This document shows, in pieces, positions 26,550 to 35,642 of a stretch of DNA of 64,000 nucleotides (its first letter is position 1; each line of letters opens with the position of its first letter). Under the pieces are notes generated by a model. The model saw only the letters and a program-made list of their open reading frames with translations. It ran no database searches and was not told the DNA's origin. This DNA comes from Weeksellaceae bacterium (lineage in GTDB: Bacteria; Patescibacteriota; Microgenomatia; UBA1406; GWC2-37-13). The position numbers and the translations under genes were made by a program. The stretch spans positions 13,836-77,835 of the forward strand of contig JBGSBR010000004.1 in NCBI GenBank assembly GCA_041730495.1. Direction: 5' to 3'.

Positions 26550-27203
26550 ATGGCATTTCATGGTCTAAGTTCACACAAAAAGAGTATGAAACAGCATGTT
26601 TCAGACAGTATCGAAACCGAAAAAGCTCAATCAATCGGAGATACTTTCTCTTCTTTGGGCAAAGACACAGCCAAAAAAATCGGTGATGGATTTGCCGATA
26701 TCGGTAAGGGTATTTTTGACCAACTTCTGGGTACTTCTTCATCTGAACAACAGTACAACTCACGTGAAACCCAAGGTATGGGTAAACAACCAGAACAAGA
26801 TCCTAAGCAGTTTCGCACTGAAGGTGGAAACGTGTTTAGCTTCCGTCGTATCGAAGAAGATCGTCAGATGAATGAGATCAAAGAACTCATTCAAGCAATC
26901 AAACAAGAGGTAGAGATGATCAAAAAGGCTGATTCTTCACTTATGGGTGAGGTCTCAGATATCGAAAAACTGACAATTAATAATATGCCAGATAAACCTG
27001 GTATTTATCATGTGCGTTTCCTCGAAATTGTACTCAAGGTACTTCAAGGCTTACGAGCCAAAATCGGTGAATCAAACACCTGGATGCAGGCACTTCAATC
27101 CAAAAAGAAAGCCAGAGGATCTGCTTTTGCTGCCAATAGTAAGAAAAAAGGTACGCAGTATTCTATGTCTGAAGAGCTCAAAGCTACACGTGCTGTGCAA
27201 TAA
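26550..27203 (+). CDS. Hypothetical protein
   Basis: Long ORF with protein-like composition. Disordered G/D/K-rich N-terminal half and helical C-terminal half. No family recognised. Confidence 0.55.
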   Translation: MAFHGLSSHKKSMKQHVSDSIETEKAQSIGDTFSSLGKDTAKKIGDGFADIGKGIFDQLLGTSSSEQQYNSRETQGMGKQPEQDPKQFRTEGGNVFSFRRIEEDRQMNEIKELIQAIKQEVEMIKKADSSLMGEVSDIEKLTINNMPDKPGIYHVRFLEIVLKVLQGLRAKIGESNTWMQALQSKKKARGSAFAANSKKKGTQYSMSEELKATRAVQ

Positions 27204-27289
27204 ACTTCGTAAACCAATGGTTAAATTGTTTAATTGATAAATTGTCTTCCAATAGCAATTTAACAGTTTGACAATAGAGCAATTTAGAT

Positions 27290-27865
27290 TTACTCCAGCA
27301 CTTCTAAGAAGGTATTTACTCCGTTTGCCCAGCTTCCGGTCGAGCTTGGATTGTATTTACTCATAATCTGTTCAGTAGTTGTCAGGCCTTTGTCGATATA
27401 ATACTTCTTCAATCCTCGTGCTACAGTATCAATTGCTTCAGGATATGACTCAAATCTCGTTACAGTATTGCCGTATATCCCCCATCCCCAACAGTTATGT
27501 GAGTTTTTGGGTATATATTTACATGCACCTGATTCTTGCATCGAGATTGCGGGGATAAGACGGTAGTCGAGGCCATTCGTATCAGACGTAGCTACGAGAA
27601 ACTCTGCGTGATCATAGAGTGGCGAGTCATGGCGGCGGAAGAACGCTTTGAGTACTGCTACTCGTTTGTCTTTATTTTCATCATCGACATAGAAATCTAC
27701 ATCTTCAAACACGACGTCATCGGCACTAAGTGTCTCAATTTCATCGAGGATGAAGGTAATCTGTTGATCACGCTCTGATTTAGCGTAGATTCGCGTGGCA
27801 AGCAGGATATTTGATATGAAAACCACGATAAACAGACCGAGTAAAATTGCTATCTTCTTATGCAT
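27290..27865 (-). CDS. Secreted GH73-like peptidoglycan hydrolase, paralog of 24902..25465
   Basis: Signal/TM segment. ISMQESGACK, HNCWGWGIYG and FESYPEAIDTVARGL align with the other copy. Confidence 0.5.
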   Translation of the reverse strand: MHKKIAILLGLFIVVFISNILLATRIYAKSERDQQITFILDEIETLSADDVVFEDVDFYVDDENKDKRVAVLKAFFRRHDSPLYDHAEFLVATSDTNGLDYRLIPAISMQESGACKYIPKNSHNCWGWGIYGNTVTRFESYPEAIDTVARGLKKYYIDKGLTTTEQIMSKYNPSSTGSWANGVNTFLEVLE

Positions 27866-27908
27866 CCCTCAGTGTAGCTTATTTGAGGTCAAAGTGTCAA
27901 ATTGTTTC

Positions 27909-28274
27909 TCACATCCACTTCGCATCATTTTCTCGCACATCCCAGACTCGGTGTCTGGCAATTTTCTCGATCAGCTCTGTAGGAATGGGTTTGTCGTATG
28001 GAAGTTGCACTGAGCCTTGGCCTGTCTTATATCCTTGTAACTCATCTGTAAAAGGTGCAAGTGAGCTTGGATGAGGCATGAAGTTCATATGATCTTTATA
28101 CGCTGCATATGCAAAAAGGATCCGTTTTTCCTCAAAAACGGGACTTCCCCATTTCATAGCTTCTGTAGCGTCAGGTGCAATTTCTTTCAGTATAGCTCGA
28201 AGCTCACGAAGCTTGGCTTGTATATTTTCTGGAAAGCTGTCGATGTATTCGTCGACTGTAGTTGGTTTGGACAT
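27909..28274 (-). CDS. DUF1801 (YdhG-like) domain protein
   Basis: The N-terminus TVDEYIDSFPENIQAKLRELRAILKEIAPDATEAMKWGSPVF matches my recollection of this family. Confidence 0.6.
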   Translation of the reverse strand: MSKPTTVDEYIDSFPENIQAKLRELRAILKEIAPDATEAMKWGSPVFEEKRILFAYAAYKDHMNFMPHPSSLAPFTDELQGYKTGQGSVQLPYDKPIPTELIEKIARHRVWDVRENDAKWM

Positions 28275-28275
28275 A

Positions 28276-28593
28276 TTATTGCATTAAGTCAAAAGCTTTG
28301 TGTAACCATTTAATTAGTTCATCATCAATATCTTCAGCCTTTTCTATTTTAAGTTCATTATGAAATCTACTTTTTGAGACTTGTTCAGTTTTCATGATAC
28401 GAGGACTGACAATTGGTTCAGAAGATACAATGTTGAGGATCAGGTAACTTTTGCGCGGGTGTACTCCTGCGAAAGCAGCTCTATTTTTGAGGTGAATTGA
28501 TGTTTTCTTTTCCTCAATTATTATATTGCCGAAGATGTCGATATCATTGAGTAGTTGCTGATATAAGGCTTTAACTTCCAATGTCATTTCCAT
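28276..28593 (-). CDS. Hypothetical protein
   Basis: ORF separated from the next gene by 1 nt. No family recognised with confidence. Confidence 0.45.
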   Translation of the reverse strand: MEMTLEVKALYQQLLNDIDIFGNIIIEEKKTSIHLKNRAAFAGVHPRKSYLILNIVSSEPIVSPRIMKTEQVSKSRFHNELKIEKAEDIDDELIKWLHKAFDLMQ

Positions 28594-28629
28594 AAATAGA
28601 TTATAACAGAACCGTCATAAATCAATAAT

Positions 28630-29184
28630 TTAATTAGAGATCTTGTAATAATACGTCGTAAACCGTTTCCCTTTATATTTCTTAAATAAGAATTTTTCAA
28701 AATACTTGATCTGAAATCCGCGCGAAATAATTATTGCTTTATTATGTAACGCTTGTTCAAGCTGAGGTTGCAGTTTACGTAACAAAGCTGGGAAAAGAAA
28801 GATATAAACATAATTTGCCTGAGACACATCTACATCAAAGATATTTTTTACTTCAAATCTGACATGTTGCGCAGTCCCATCTAGTTTTGCACGTAATCGT
28901 GCCAGCCATACCAACGTAGGATTAATCTCAATGCCAAGTCCTTGTACTTCATACTCTTTTGCTGCATAACGTACAACTCTGCCATCACCACAGCCTAGCT
29001 CTACAAAAGTACTATTTTTTTTGATAGATATTTCATTCAGAATACCTTGAATTTCACTTCTCGATGTAGAAACATAAGGTGCTCCTCTGAGCCAGGAGTA
29101 GATCATGCTCATAAGGTAGACACAGACGGAAAAGAGAACTAAAACTTCCAAAAAAAGGATTATGATTATAAAGATTTCATTCAT
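28630..29184 (-). CDS. Class I SAM-dependent methyltransferase with an N-terminal TM helix
   Basis: Motif I VELGCGDGRV and the downstream acidic residue pattern. Confidence 0.8.
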   Translation of the reverse strand: MNEIFIIIILFLEVLVLFSVCVYLMSMIYSWLRGAPYVSTSRSEIQGILNEISIKKNSTFVELGCGDGRVVRYAAKEYEVQGLGIEINPTLVWLARLRAKLDGTAQHVRFEVKNIFDVDVSQANYVYIFLFPALLRKLQPQLEQALHNKAIIISRGFQIKYFEKFLFKKYKGKRFTTYYYKISN

Positions 29185-29239
29185 GAGTGAGTATAGTATA
29201 ATAAAGAATCATTCTGGCTGTCATAGAGCGTGATAAACA

Positions 29240-29311
29240 GCCCTTATAGCTTAATGGATAGAGCTCTGGTCTTCGGAACCAGTGATGGGGGTTCGATTCC
29301 CTCTAAGGGCG
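29240..29311 (+). tRNA. tRNA-Arg (anticodon TCG)
   Basis: Acceptor GCCCTTA/TAAGGGC, anticodon arm CTGGT-CTTCGGA-ACCAG, TTCGATT T-loop. Confidence 0.9.
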
Positions 29312-29362
29312 CCCTTCGACTTTCGAGCTTGCTCGAATTGCTCAGGGTAATAACATCGGTCA

Positions 29363-29434
29363 GGATCTGTAGCTCAATGGTAGAGCAGTAGCCTCTTAAG
29401 CTATTGGTTGTGGGTTCGAGTCCCACCGGATCCA
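29363..29434 (+). tRNA. tRNA-Lys (anticodon CTT)
   Basis: Acceptor GGATCTG/CGGATCC (one G-U), anticodon arm GTAGC-CTCTTAA-GCTAT, TTCGAGT T-loop. Confidence 0.9.
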
Positions 29435-29445
29435 CATTATTTTAT

Positions 29446-30345
29446 ATGAATAATCCTCTCTTATCAGTACTCCCTGTCATCCTCACCTTCCTCACAGGTT
29501 ACCTACTCAAACGACTTAATGTTTTCAAAAAAGATGACGGTGATTTACTGTTAAAACTTGTCTTTTATGTCGGTGGACCTGCAATTATCTTCCAATCGCT
29601 TGTGAGTGTCAAGCTTAATGCTGATTTATTGGTCTATCCACTGACTGGTGCGATTATTATGATCAGTAGTTTTATTTTTGCTTCATTATTTGAGCATTCA
29701 TTTAAACTCCCTAAAGCTTCTCGTGGCGTTTTCATGATCGCTTCTATGATTGTAAATACTGGTTTTACACTTCCCTTTTTATTAAGTACCTTTGGTGAAA
29801 TCGGAGTTGTACGTTATTCTTTGTTTGGGCTTGTAGCAGACACTTTGGTCGTCAGTTGGGTCTATGCTATAGCTTGTCAACACAATCCAGCAAATCAAAG
29901 TCATAAAACAATTATTTCTAAACTTTTCAAGTCACCACCGGTTTGGGCAACGGTGCTTGGTCTGATGTGTAATCTTTTGCAGCTCACGCCTCCTGACGTG
30001 GTATTGGCTTTTGCCAAAAATGTCGGAAGTATAGTAGGTCCTTTGATTATGCTATCTCTTGGACTATATTTTCAGCCAAAGATCGTCCGTATTGCGCCAA
30101 CTGTTGGTGCAATATTGATTCGTATGCTTTTGGGCACAACTGTCGCTATTTTGATTACTGCTTTCATGGGTGTGACTGGCGTAGATCGCAAAATATTGAT
30201 TTTGCTTGCTGCTTCACCTGTCGGATTCAATACTATCACTTATTCGTCACTCGAGAATTTAGACAAAGAACTCGCTGCAAGTATCGTCTCAATTTCAATC
30301 TTAATTGGGCTTGTTTTGACACCTATTTTGCTTCTATTTCTTTGA
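29446..30345 (+). CDS. AEC (auxin efflux carrier) family membrane transporter
   Basis: About 10 TM segments and a typical size. The tracked start lies inside tRNA-Lys, so the ATG at 29446 (MNNPLLSVLPVIL) is used instead. Confidence 0.7.
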   Translation: MNNPLLSVLPVILTFLTGYLLKRLNVFKKDDGDLLLKLVFYVGGPAIIFQSLVSVKLNADLLVYPLTGAIIMISSFIFASLFEHSFKLPKASRGVFMIASMIVNTGFTLPFLLSTFGEIGVVRYSLFGLVADTLVVSWVYAIACQHNPANQSHKTIISKLFKSPPVWATVLGLMCNLLQLTPPDVVLAFAKNVGSIVGPLIMLSLGLYFQPKIVRIAPTVGAILIRMLLGTTVAILITAFMGVTGVDRKILILLAASPVGFNTITYSSLENLDKELAASIVSISILIGLVLTPILLLFL

Positions 30346-30364
30346 TGCAATGCATCTGAAAATC

Positions 30365-30385
30365 ATGTACAGTAATACTGTACAT
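30365..30385. promoter_or_regulatory. Perfect 21-bp palindrome (candidate operator)
   Basis: ATGTACAGTA-A-TACTGTACAT ends 2 nt before the histidine kinase ATG. Confidence 0.4.
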
Positions 30386-30387
30386 CT

Positions 30388-33099
30388 ATGAAAGAAAAAC
30401 CATCCACCGTACCACTTGTTGCTGCATTTCTAGTTGCTGTAATCGGAATCCTTAGTCTAGTCGGATGGGCTACTTCAAATCCATATCTCATGCGAATGAT
30501 GCCTGAGCTGCGACCAATTAATCCTATGGCGGCAGTTGGATTGTGTGTCATAGCAGTAGGGTATGTGGCTATCTATATGCGTAATCAAAGTGTGCGATTT
30601 ATCATGGGTGGATTGACTTTATTGTTAGGTATATTGGCCATAACATCAGTACCAATTGACACTTTACTTTTTGCTGAGAAAATTCAAAGTATTGGAGAAC
30701 ATACAGCTATAGCTGATAGTGCGGCAATCTGTTTTATCTTCGCAGGAGTATTATTTCTTCTGCATAATCAGACCAATAAATCAATTACGTTTTTGAAGCA
30801 TATTCTGAATATATTGTTAGTAGTAATCTCATGGGTCAATATTTTTGGTCCGCTCTATGCATATGATTCGGTCTACGGATACTCATCAGACTTTGTGATG
30901 GCCATGCAGCTTGCGATAGCATTTAGTTTTGTAGCATATACCTCTATTTTTTTGGTACATCAGAAAAAAATTACGGCTATGTTGGGGACGGTAAATATAA
31001 TTGGATGGATGATTATTGCATCAATTATTTTTATCCAATCAGCCACTTATGGAGCGTGGCGTCAAGCTACTGATGATAATCGTGAAGATTCTGAAGAAGC
31101 ATTTGTGACTTACTCAGAAGGCATAAAAAATAATATGTTGGATAGAATCAGTATTTATGAAAATGCACTATACGGTTTTCGCGGTTTGTTTGAATCGAGT
31201 GATAGTGTCAGTCAGGATGAGTTTAATACGTATTTCGAGTCATTAGATTTGCTTAATCGTTATCCAGGTTTACGCACGATATCCTATACGTCTAAAGTCT
31301 CTGAAGCTGATCTGCCAGAGTTTATAGAGACTATAAGAGAGGATGATAGTATTCGGCCTGCAGGTAATCCTACATTTACTGTATCACCCAAAAATGACGT
31401 ACCCGTGCATTATATATCAACATATGCGTACACGACTTTGATCGGCAGTGCTTTACCTGGTCGAGATCTATCTACAGATAGTGCTCGTCTAGCAGCTTAT
31501 CAGCAAGCTGAACGCACGAATAAGTTTGCAGCATCAGATCCAATTACTATTACAGCAAATGGACCATTGCAAGAGATGAAAGGTTTCACCGTGACACTTC
31601 CGGTTTTTGATAAAAATACTGACAAAGTAGTTGGATTGATAAACTCTTTGTATGGCTATCCCCTTTTCTTTGATGAAGTAAAGAAAAATTTCAATTTTCG
31701 AGATAATACATATTTGAAGGTTGTTGATGTCAAGTCAGGTGATATTATCTATGAATTTGAAGAAAATCATACAGCTGAACATAAGCTGAAAAGTACACAG
31801 ATCTTAACTATCGCTGATCGGACATGGGAGATGACAGTCGAAGCGCCAGAAGATTATGGTATCAATATTAATCAAAAGAATTTACCACCCATTATTTTAT
31901 TAGGAGGTCAGTTATTTTCAGGTCTTATTGTCGTGATATTTATCATGTTGATACGTGGTCGTCAAGAAGCAGAAGAGCTTGTCAAGAAACGAACACAAGA
32001 ACTTGAAAAACTTATTCAAGCATTACCACTTGGTGTTTCTGTCGCTGAAGCGCCTTCTGGTAAACTGACTCTCATAAATGAAGCTGGAATAAATATATTA
32101 GGACGTGGGGTCGCACCTAATGCAACTAAAGAAGATTATGGACAAGCGTTTGATGTCCTAAGAATTGATGGTACTCCATATCCGCCCGCAGAGATGTCAC
32201 CGTCGATTGCCATGAAAACAGGAGAAATTACTACCAAAGATGATATTATAATCCGTCGACCGGATAAATCATTGATTCATCTAAAAGCGACGAGTGTACC
32301 GATTAAAGATAGCCAAGGATTAGTAGTAACTATAGTGAGTGTCTTTGAAGATGTGACTAAAGAAAAAGAGATTGATCGTATGAAAACTGAGTTTATATCT
32401 CTTGCTTCGCATCAACTCCGTACTCCTCTATCCGCGATGAAATGGTTCCTGGAGATGCTGATAGCTGGTGATGCCGGCAAACTTAACAAAGAGCAGCAAG
32501 AGTATGCACAAAATGTGTCTCAGGCGAATGAGCGTATGATTACTTTGGTAAATTCTCTTCTCAATATTTCACGTATCGAATCAGGCAGACTCATCGTAGA
32601 TCCACAACCGACTGATCTGAAAAAGCTTGCAGAGACGGTGATTACTGAACTACAGCCAAAAATCAAAGAAAAAGATATTTCGATGATTGTCAGTGTGCAC
32701 GATAAACTGAGTACAATTAATGTTGATCCGAAGCTCGTGACAGAGGTGTATACAAATCTACTTACGAATGCCATCAAGTACACTCCTAACAGTGGTGAGA
32801 TTTCACTCTTTATATCAGAAAAAAATGATGAGATCATAACTCAAGTGTCTGATACTGGTATGGGTATCCCGGAAGAAGAACATGATAAAATTTTCACTAA
32901 GTTTTACAGAGCATCCAATGTAGTGAAAGCTGTGCCAGAGGGTACAGGCTTAGGACTATACATGGTAAAATCAATTATAGAATCCTCAGGAGGTAAGCTG
33001 TGGTTTACTTCTGGTAAAGATAAAGGTACATCATTCTGGTTTAGTTTACCTAAAACTGGTATGCAAGCCAAGAAAGGTGAGGTCTCAATTAATAGTTAA
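30388..33099 (+). CDS. Sensor histidine kinase: polytopic N-terminus, CHASE-like extracytoplasmic domain, PAS, HisKA, HATPase
   Basis: About 7 N-terminal TM helices. The CHASE-like stretch is ENALYGFRGLFESSDSVSQDEFNTYFESLDLLNRYPGLRTISY...VHYISTYAY...GRDLSTDSARLAAYQQAERT. H-box SHQLRTPLS, N-box LLTNAIKYT, G-boxes DTGMGI and GTGLGL. Confidence 0.85.
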   Translation: MKEKPSTVPLVAAFLVAVIGILSLVGWATSNPYLMRMMPELRPINPMAAVGLCVIAVGYVAIYMRNQSVRFIMGGLTLLLGILAITSVPIDTLLFAEKIQSIGEHTAIADSAAICFIFAGVLFLLHNQTNKSITFLKHILNILLVVISWVNIFGPLYAYDSVYGYSSDFVMAMQLAIAFSFVAYTSIFLVHQKKITAMLGTVNIIGWMIIASIIFIQSATYGAWRQATDDNREDSEEAFVTYSEGIKNNMLDRISIYENALYGFRGLFESSDSVSQDEFNTYFESLDLLNRYPGLRTISYTSKVSEADLPEFIETIREDDSIRPAGNPTFTVSPKNDVPVHYISTYAYTTLIGSALPGRDLSTDSARLAAYQQAERTNKFAASDPITITANGPLQEMKGFTVTLPVFDKNTDKVVGLINSLYGYPLFFDEVKKNFNFRDNTYLKVVDVKSGDIIYEFEENHTAEHKLKSTQILTIADRTWEMTVEAPEDYGININQKNLPPIILLGGQLFSGLIVVIFIMLIRGRQEAEELVKKRTQELEKLIQALPLGVSVAEAPSGKLTLINEAGINILGRGVAPNATKEDYGQAFDVLRIDGTPYPPAEMSPSIAMKTGEITTKDDIIIRRPDKSLIHLKATSVPIKDSQGLVVTIVSVFEDVTKEKEIDRMKTEFISLASHQLRTPLSAMKWFLEMLIAGDAGKLNKEQQEYAQNVSQANERMITLVNSLLNISRIESGRLIVDPQPTDLKKLAETVITELQPKIKEKDISMIVSVHDKLSTINVDPKLVTEVYTNLLTNAIKYTPNSGEISLFISEKNDEIITQVSDTGMGIPEEEHDKIFTKFYRASNVVKAVPEGTGLGLYMVKSIIESSGGKLWFTSGKDKGTSFWFSLPKTGMQAKKGEVSINS

Positions 33100-33108
33100 G
33101 AGAATAAT

Positions 33109-33513
33109 ATGAATACAACACATACTGTGATGATCATCGAAGATGAAGATTTGTTATTACAAGCGATTAGCAAAAAATTTGAAAAAAACGGTGTTAAAAC
33201 TGTCGGTTGTACATCAAGTAGTCAAGCATTAGATTACCTCAAAAGCATGCCACAGCTTCCTGATGCAATCTGGCTTGATTATTACCTCAAAGATGGTAAT
33301 GGTCTGGAGTTTATGCAGCAAATGAAATCAGATCCGAAACTCGAAGCCATACCTGTAATTGTAGTCTCAAACTCAGCGAGTGATGACAAAGTAAAAACAT
33401 TGCTAGCACTTGGTGTCCAAAAGTATTTTTTGAAAGCTGAGCATCGTCTTGATGAGTTGATCGATGAACTTAAACAGTTTATTGATGAAGATAAAGCTAC
33501 TGCGAAACAGTAA
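33109..33513 (+). CDS. Stand-alone receiver (REC-only) response regulator
   Basis: IIEDEDLL, phospho-acceptor context AIWLDYYL, VVSN, K in the LKA motif. No output domain. Confidence 0.85.
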   Translation: MNTTHTVMIIEDEDLLLQAISKKFEKNGVKTVGCTSSSQALDYLKSMPQLPDAIWLDYYLKDGNGLEFMQQMKSDPKLEAIPVIVVSNSASDDKVKTLLALGVQKYFLKAEHRLDELIDELKQFIDEDKATAKQ

Positions 33514-33934
33514 TCGTTTCACCATTTTGTGCATATGGCGCTGACACTGTAATCCTGCCGTTTGCATTGCGACTGATACGATATCCACTGCTATTTCCGC
33601 TTCCATTTGTCGGATCTTGAGGTATTTTGATCAGGTATTTTTCATTAGTTGTCAGCACACTGAGATCGATTAGTCCGGTACATGTGCCACCTGTACGACA
33701 GACTTCTGTTGGCGTGGTGCTTATAGCTGCAGGAAGCGTTCCGTTATTATCAGACGCATACTGATATACGGCATTTGCAAGAGCATTTATATCTACTTTA
33801 CGTTGTGCATTATTTGAGTTAGCTATTTGCTTGCTTGGATTGATCGCGACAATGACGATGCTCATGAGTACACTCAACATACCGATTGTTACCAGCAGTT
33901 CAATCAACGTAAAGCCTTTTTTATGTGATGTCAT
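33497..33934 (-). CDS. Type IV pilin (likely the major pilin)
   Basis: Class III signal KKG/FTLIELLV with Glu5, a hydrophobic alpha1 helix and two Cys in the C-terminal region. Last gene of the pilus operon. Confidence 0.85.
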   Translation of the reverse strand: MTSHKKGFTLIELLVTIGMLSVLMSIVIVAINPSKQIANSNNAQRKVDINALANAVYQYASDNNGTLPAAISTTPTEVCRTGGTCTGLIDLSVLTTNEKYLIKIPQDPTNGSGNSSGYRISRNANGRITVSAPYAQNGETITVSQ

Positions 33935-33974
33935 ATTGCTTATTCTAGGTAACTATGCATCTTGATGCAAGGGA

Positions 33975-34391
33975 TTAAAAATCTGCTACTTCTTGCCAGC
34001 TATCGTATATTAATTTTGCTTGTGGCACAGAAAATCTTACATTTGTAATCAAAACTTTGCGTACCGTATTTTGAACTGTTCCAGTGGCCTGGATATTTTT
34101 ATTTGTTAGATCCGCAGCTGTTACTGTGTAAGTGCATGATCCGTTTCCAAGTGTTTGATTTCCTGTTCCTGTATAAGAATTGTTTAAGGCAATTTGTCTC
34201 AAGGCTATTTCAGCACATGTATTGGCAAGTGCTTTGGTTTGTTGAGACTGTATGACGGTGATACTCGTTTTTGTTTGGATCACTCCGGTTGTTATGACAG
34301 ACATAGCAATTGATAAACCGACTACAGCTACGATGAGCACCGTAATCAATGTCATAAAACCTGATCTGTTATCTGATACTTGCTGTTGCAT
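33975..34391 (-). CDS. Minor pilin-like (PilX-like) protein
   Basis: RSG/FMTLITVLIVAVVGL N-terminus lacking Glu5. Lies within the pilin array. Confidence 0.5.
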   Translation of the reverse strand: MQQQVSDNRSGFMTLITVLIVAVVGLSIAMSVITTGVIQTKTSITVIQSQQTKALANTCAEIALRQIALNNSYTGTGNQTLGNGSCTYTVTAADLTNKNIQATGTVQNTVRKVLITNVRFSVPQAKLIYDSWQEVADF

Positions 34392-34881
34392 AAAAGGTTT
34401 TGGAATAATTGTATTCTTGTCTTCCCGATGGATTATTGTATGTCAATGTAAACTGCATTTTGACGCTTCCTGGTGTGGAAGCTCGAGATAAATTTATAAA
34501 TTGCACATTTGATGCAGTCACTGTGTTTGAGTGCAGTGCAGTAGCTGCACCTGCGCCAGCTGTCAGCTGTAGGATGCCATTGTTTAGATTGAATACTGTA
34601 GGATTAGTCGCGGGTGTTACTGTCTGTACAGATAATGAGGTGGCTGTCACTCCTGCAGCTGGGGTATTTATTTGTCTGGCATTTCGTACTGCCTGAGTAA
34701 TTTGTTGCAACACTTGTACACCTTGAGTCTCGACCTGTGATGCCACTCTATTGCGCGCTTGAGTCTGGAGCATCGAGATAATGAAAAACGAGGCTGTCGA
34801 GATGATCACAGTGGAGATACCGAGATATAACAGTATCTCTACTAACGTGAAGCCTGATTTATGAGAGTTTTGTATTTTCAT
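34369..34881 (-). CDS. Minor pilin with a prepilin-type N-terminus
   Basis: KSG/FTLVEILLYLGIS. Confidence 0.7.
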   Translation of the reverse strand: MKIQNSHKSGFTLVEILLYLGISTVIISTASFFIISMLQTQARNRVASQVETQGVQVLQQITQAVRNARQINTPAAGVTATSLSVQTVTPATNPTVFNLNNGILQLTAGAGAATALHSNTVTASNVQFINLSRASTPGSVKMQFTLTYNNPSGRQEYNYSKTFYATASIR

Positions 34882-34883
34882 AG

Positions 34884-35642
34884 CTATGGTTTACAGCAAC
34901 AACTATCAGCTGAAGCTCCGCCGGTACAATAAATATTTCCTCCTGAACGATATATCTCACCATTACTTGTACATTGGCTTGAGTTAGCTCGACATGTGCC
35001 AGTGGTATTTTTGAACATTTGCTGACAATATAGTGCACAAGTGCCGATCGTTGGTGTAGGTGTACGGGTAGGTGTTGGAGTACGAGTTGGCGTAGCTGAT
35101 GGAACTGTTGGAGTTGGTGTACGGGTCGGTGTGGGCGTGGCTGATAGTGCAATAGTTGGTACCGGTGTTGCTGTGGGTATAAGAGTGGGTGTTGGTGTAG
35201 GGGTCCAGGTAATACGCCAGTTGGTGAGATACTCGACTACTTCCACTGACCCTGCTCGTTGTGCATTTTGTTGCCAGGTGACACGGGAGGTAATCTGCTT
35301 TGTTTGTGTATCTATCGGTGTGATCAGTATCTGACGAGTGTATTGAGCAGAGCTATCTGAAGTACTGCTGAAGACCCATTTACTGCCGTCACTACTGACA
35401 CCATGTGCGCCATCGGTGAGATTGGTAAACTGATCATCTCTGATATTTCTGGTGGCTTCAAGTCCTTCTTCTGCGAGGAAAACAGCTCTCTCACGATCAC
35501 CCGTCACTGTAGTGGATTGATGACCATATGAAGTAGCACCCATGTATGTCGTCACGACCAATCCAAGAGTCGCGGCTGCGATTAGTACTTCGACGAGTGA
35601 AAATCCTGATGTTTTCATATTACTGGATTGTGATTGTGCCAA
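34884..35642 (-). CDS. Pilin-like protein with a Pro/Thr-repeat linker and a Cys-rich C-terminal module
   Basis: TSG/FSLVEVLIAAATLGLVV N-terminus and a pilin-size globular part. This is followed by about 55 aa of (T/S)P(T/R) repeats and a 52-aa tail with 9 Cys. Confidence 0.7.
   Translation of the reverse strand: MAQSQSSNMKTSGFSLVEVLIAAATLGLVVTTYMGATSYGHQSTTVTGDRERAVFLAEEGLEATRNIRDDQFTNLTDGAHGVSSDGSKWVFSSTSDSSAQYTRQILITPIDTQTKQITSRVTWQQNAQRAGSVEVVEYLTNWRITWTPTPTPTLIPTATPVPTIALSATPTPTRTPTPTVPSATPTRTPTPTRTPTPTIGTCALYCQQMFKNTTGTCRANSSQCTSNGEIYRSGGNIYCTGGASADSCCCKP

Noticed and set aside
27228-27270. AT-rich inverted repeat (TTAAATTG...CAATTTAA) between convergent genes, as a bidirectional terminator
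   Set aside because: The stem is short and all A/T, the loop is about 27 nt, and there is no flanking U-tract. Too weak to call.
35041-35334. Tracked ORFs antisense to or out of frame with the Pro/Thr repeat (MPIVGVGVRVGV..., MHYQPRPHRP...), and the repeat as a possible CRISPR or satellite
   Set aside because: The repetitive DNA is the coding sequence of the TPTPT linker of the pilin-like gene. The shadow ORFs are a by-product of the repeat, and there is no repeat-spacer structure.
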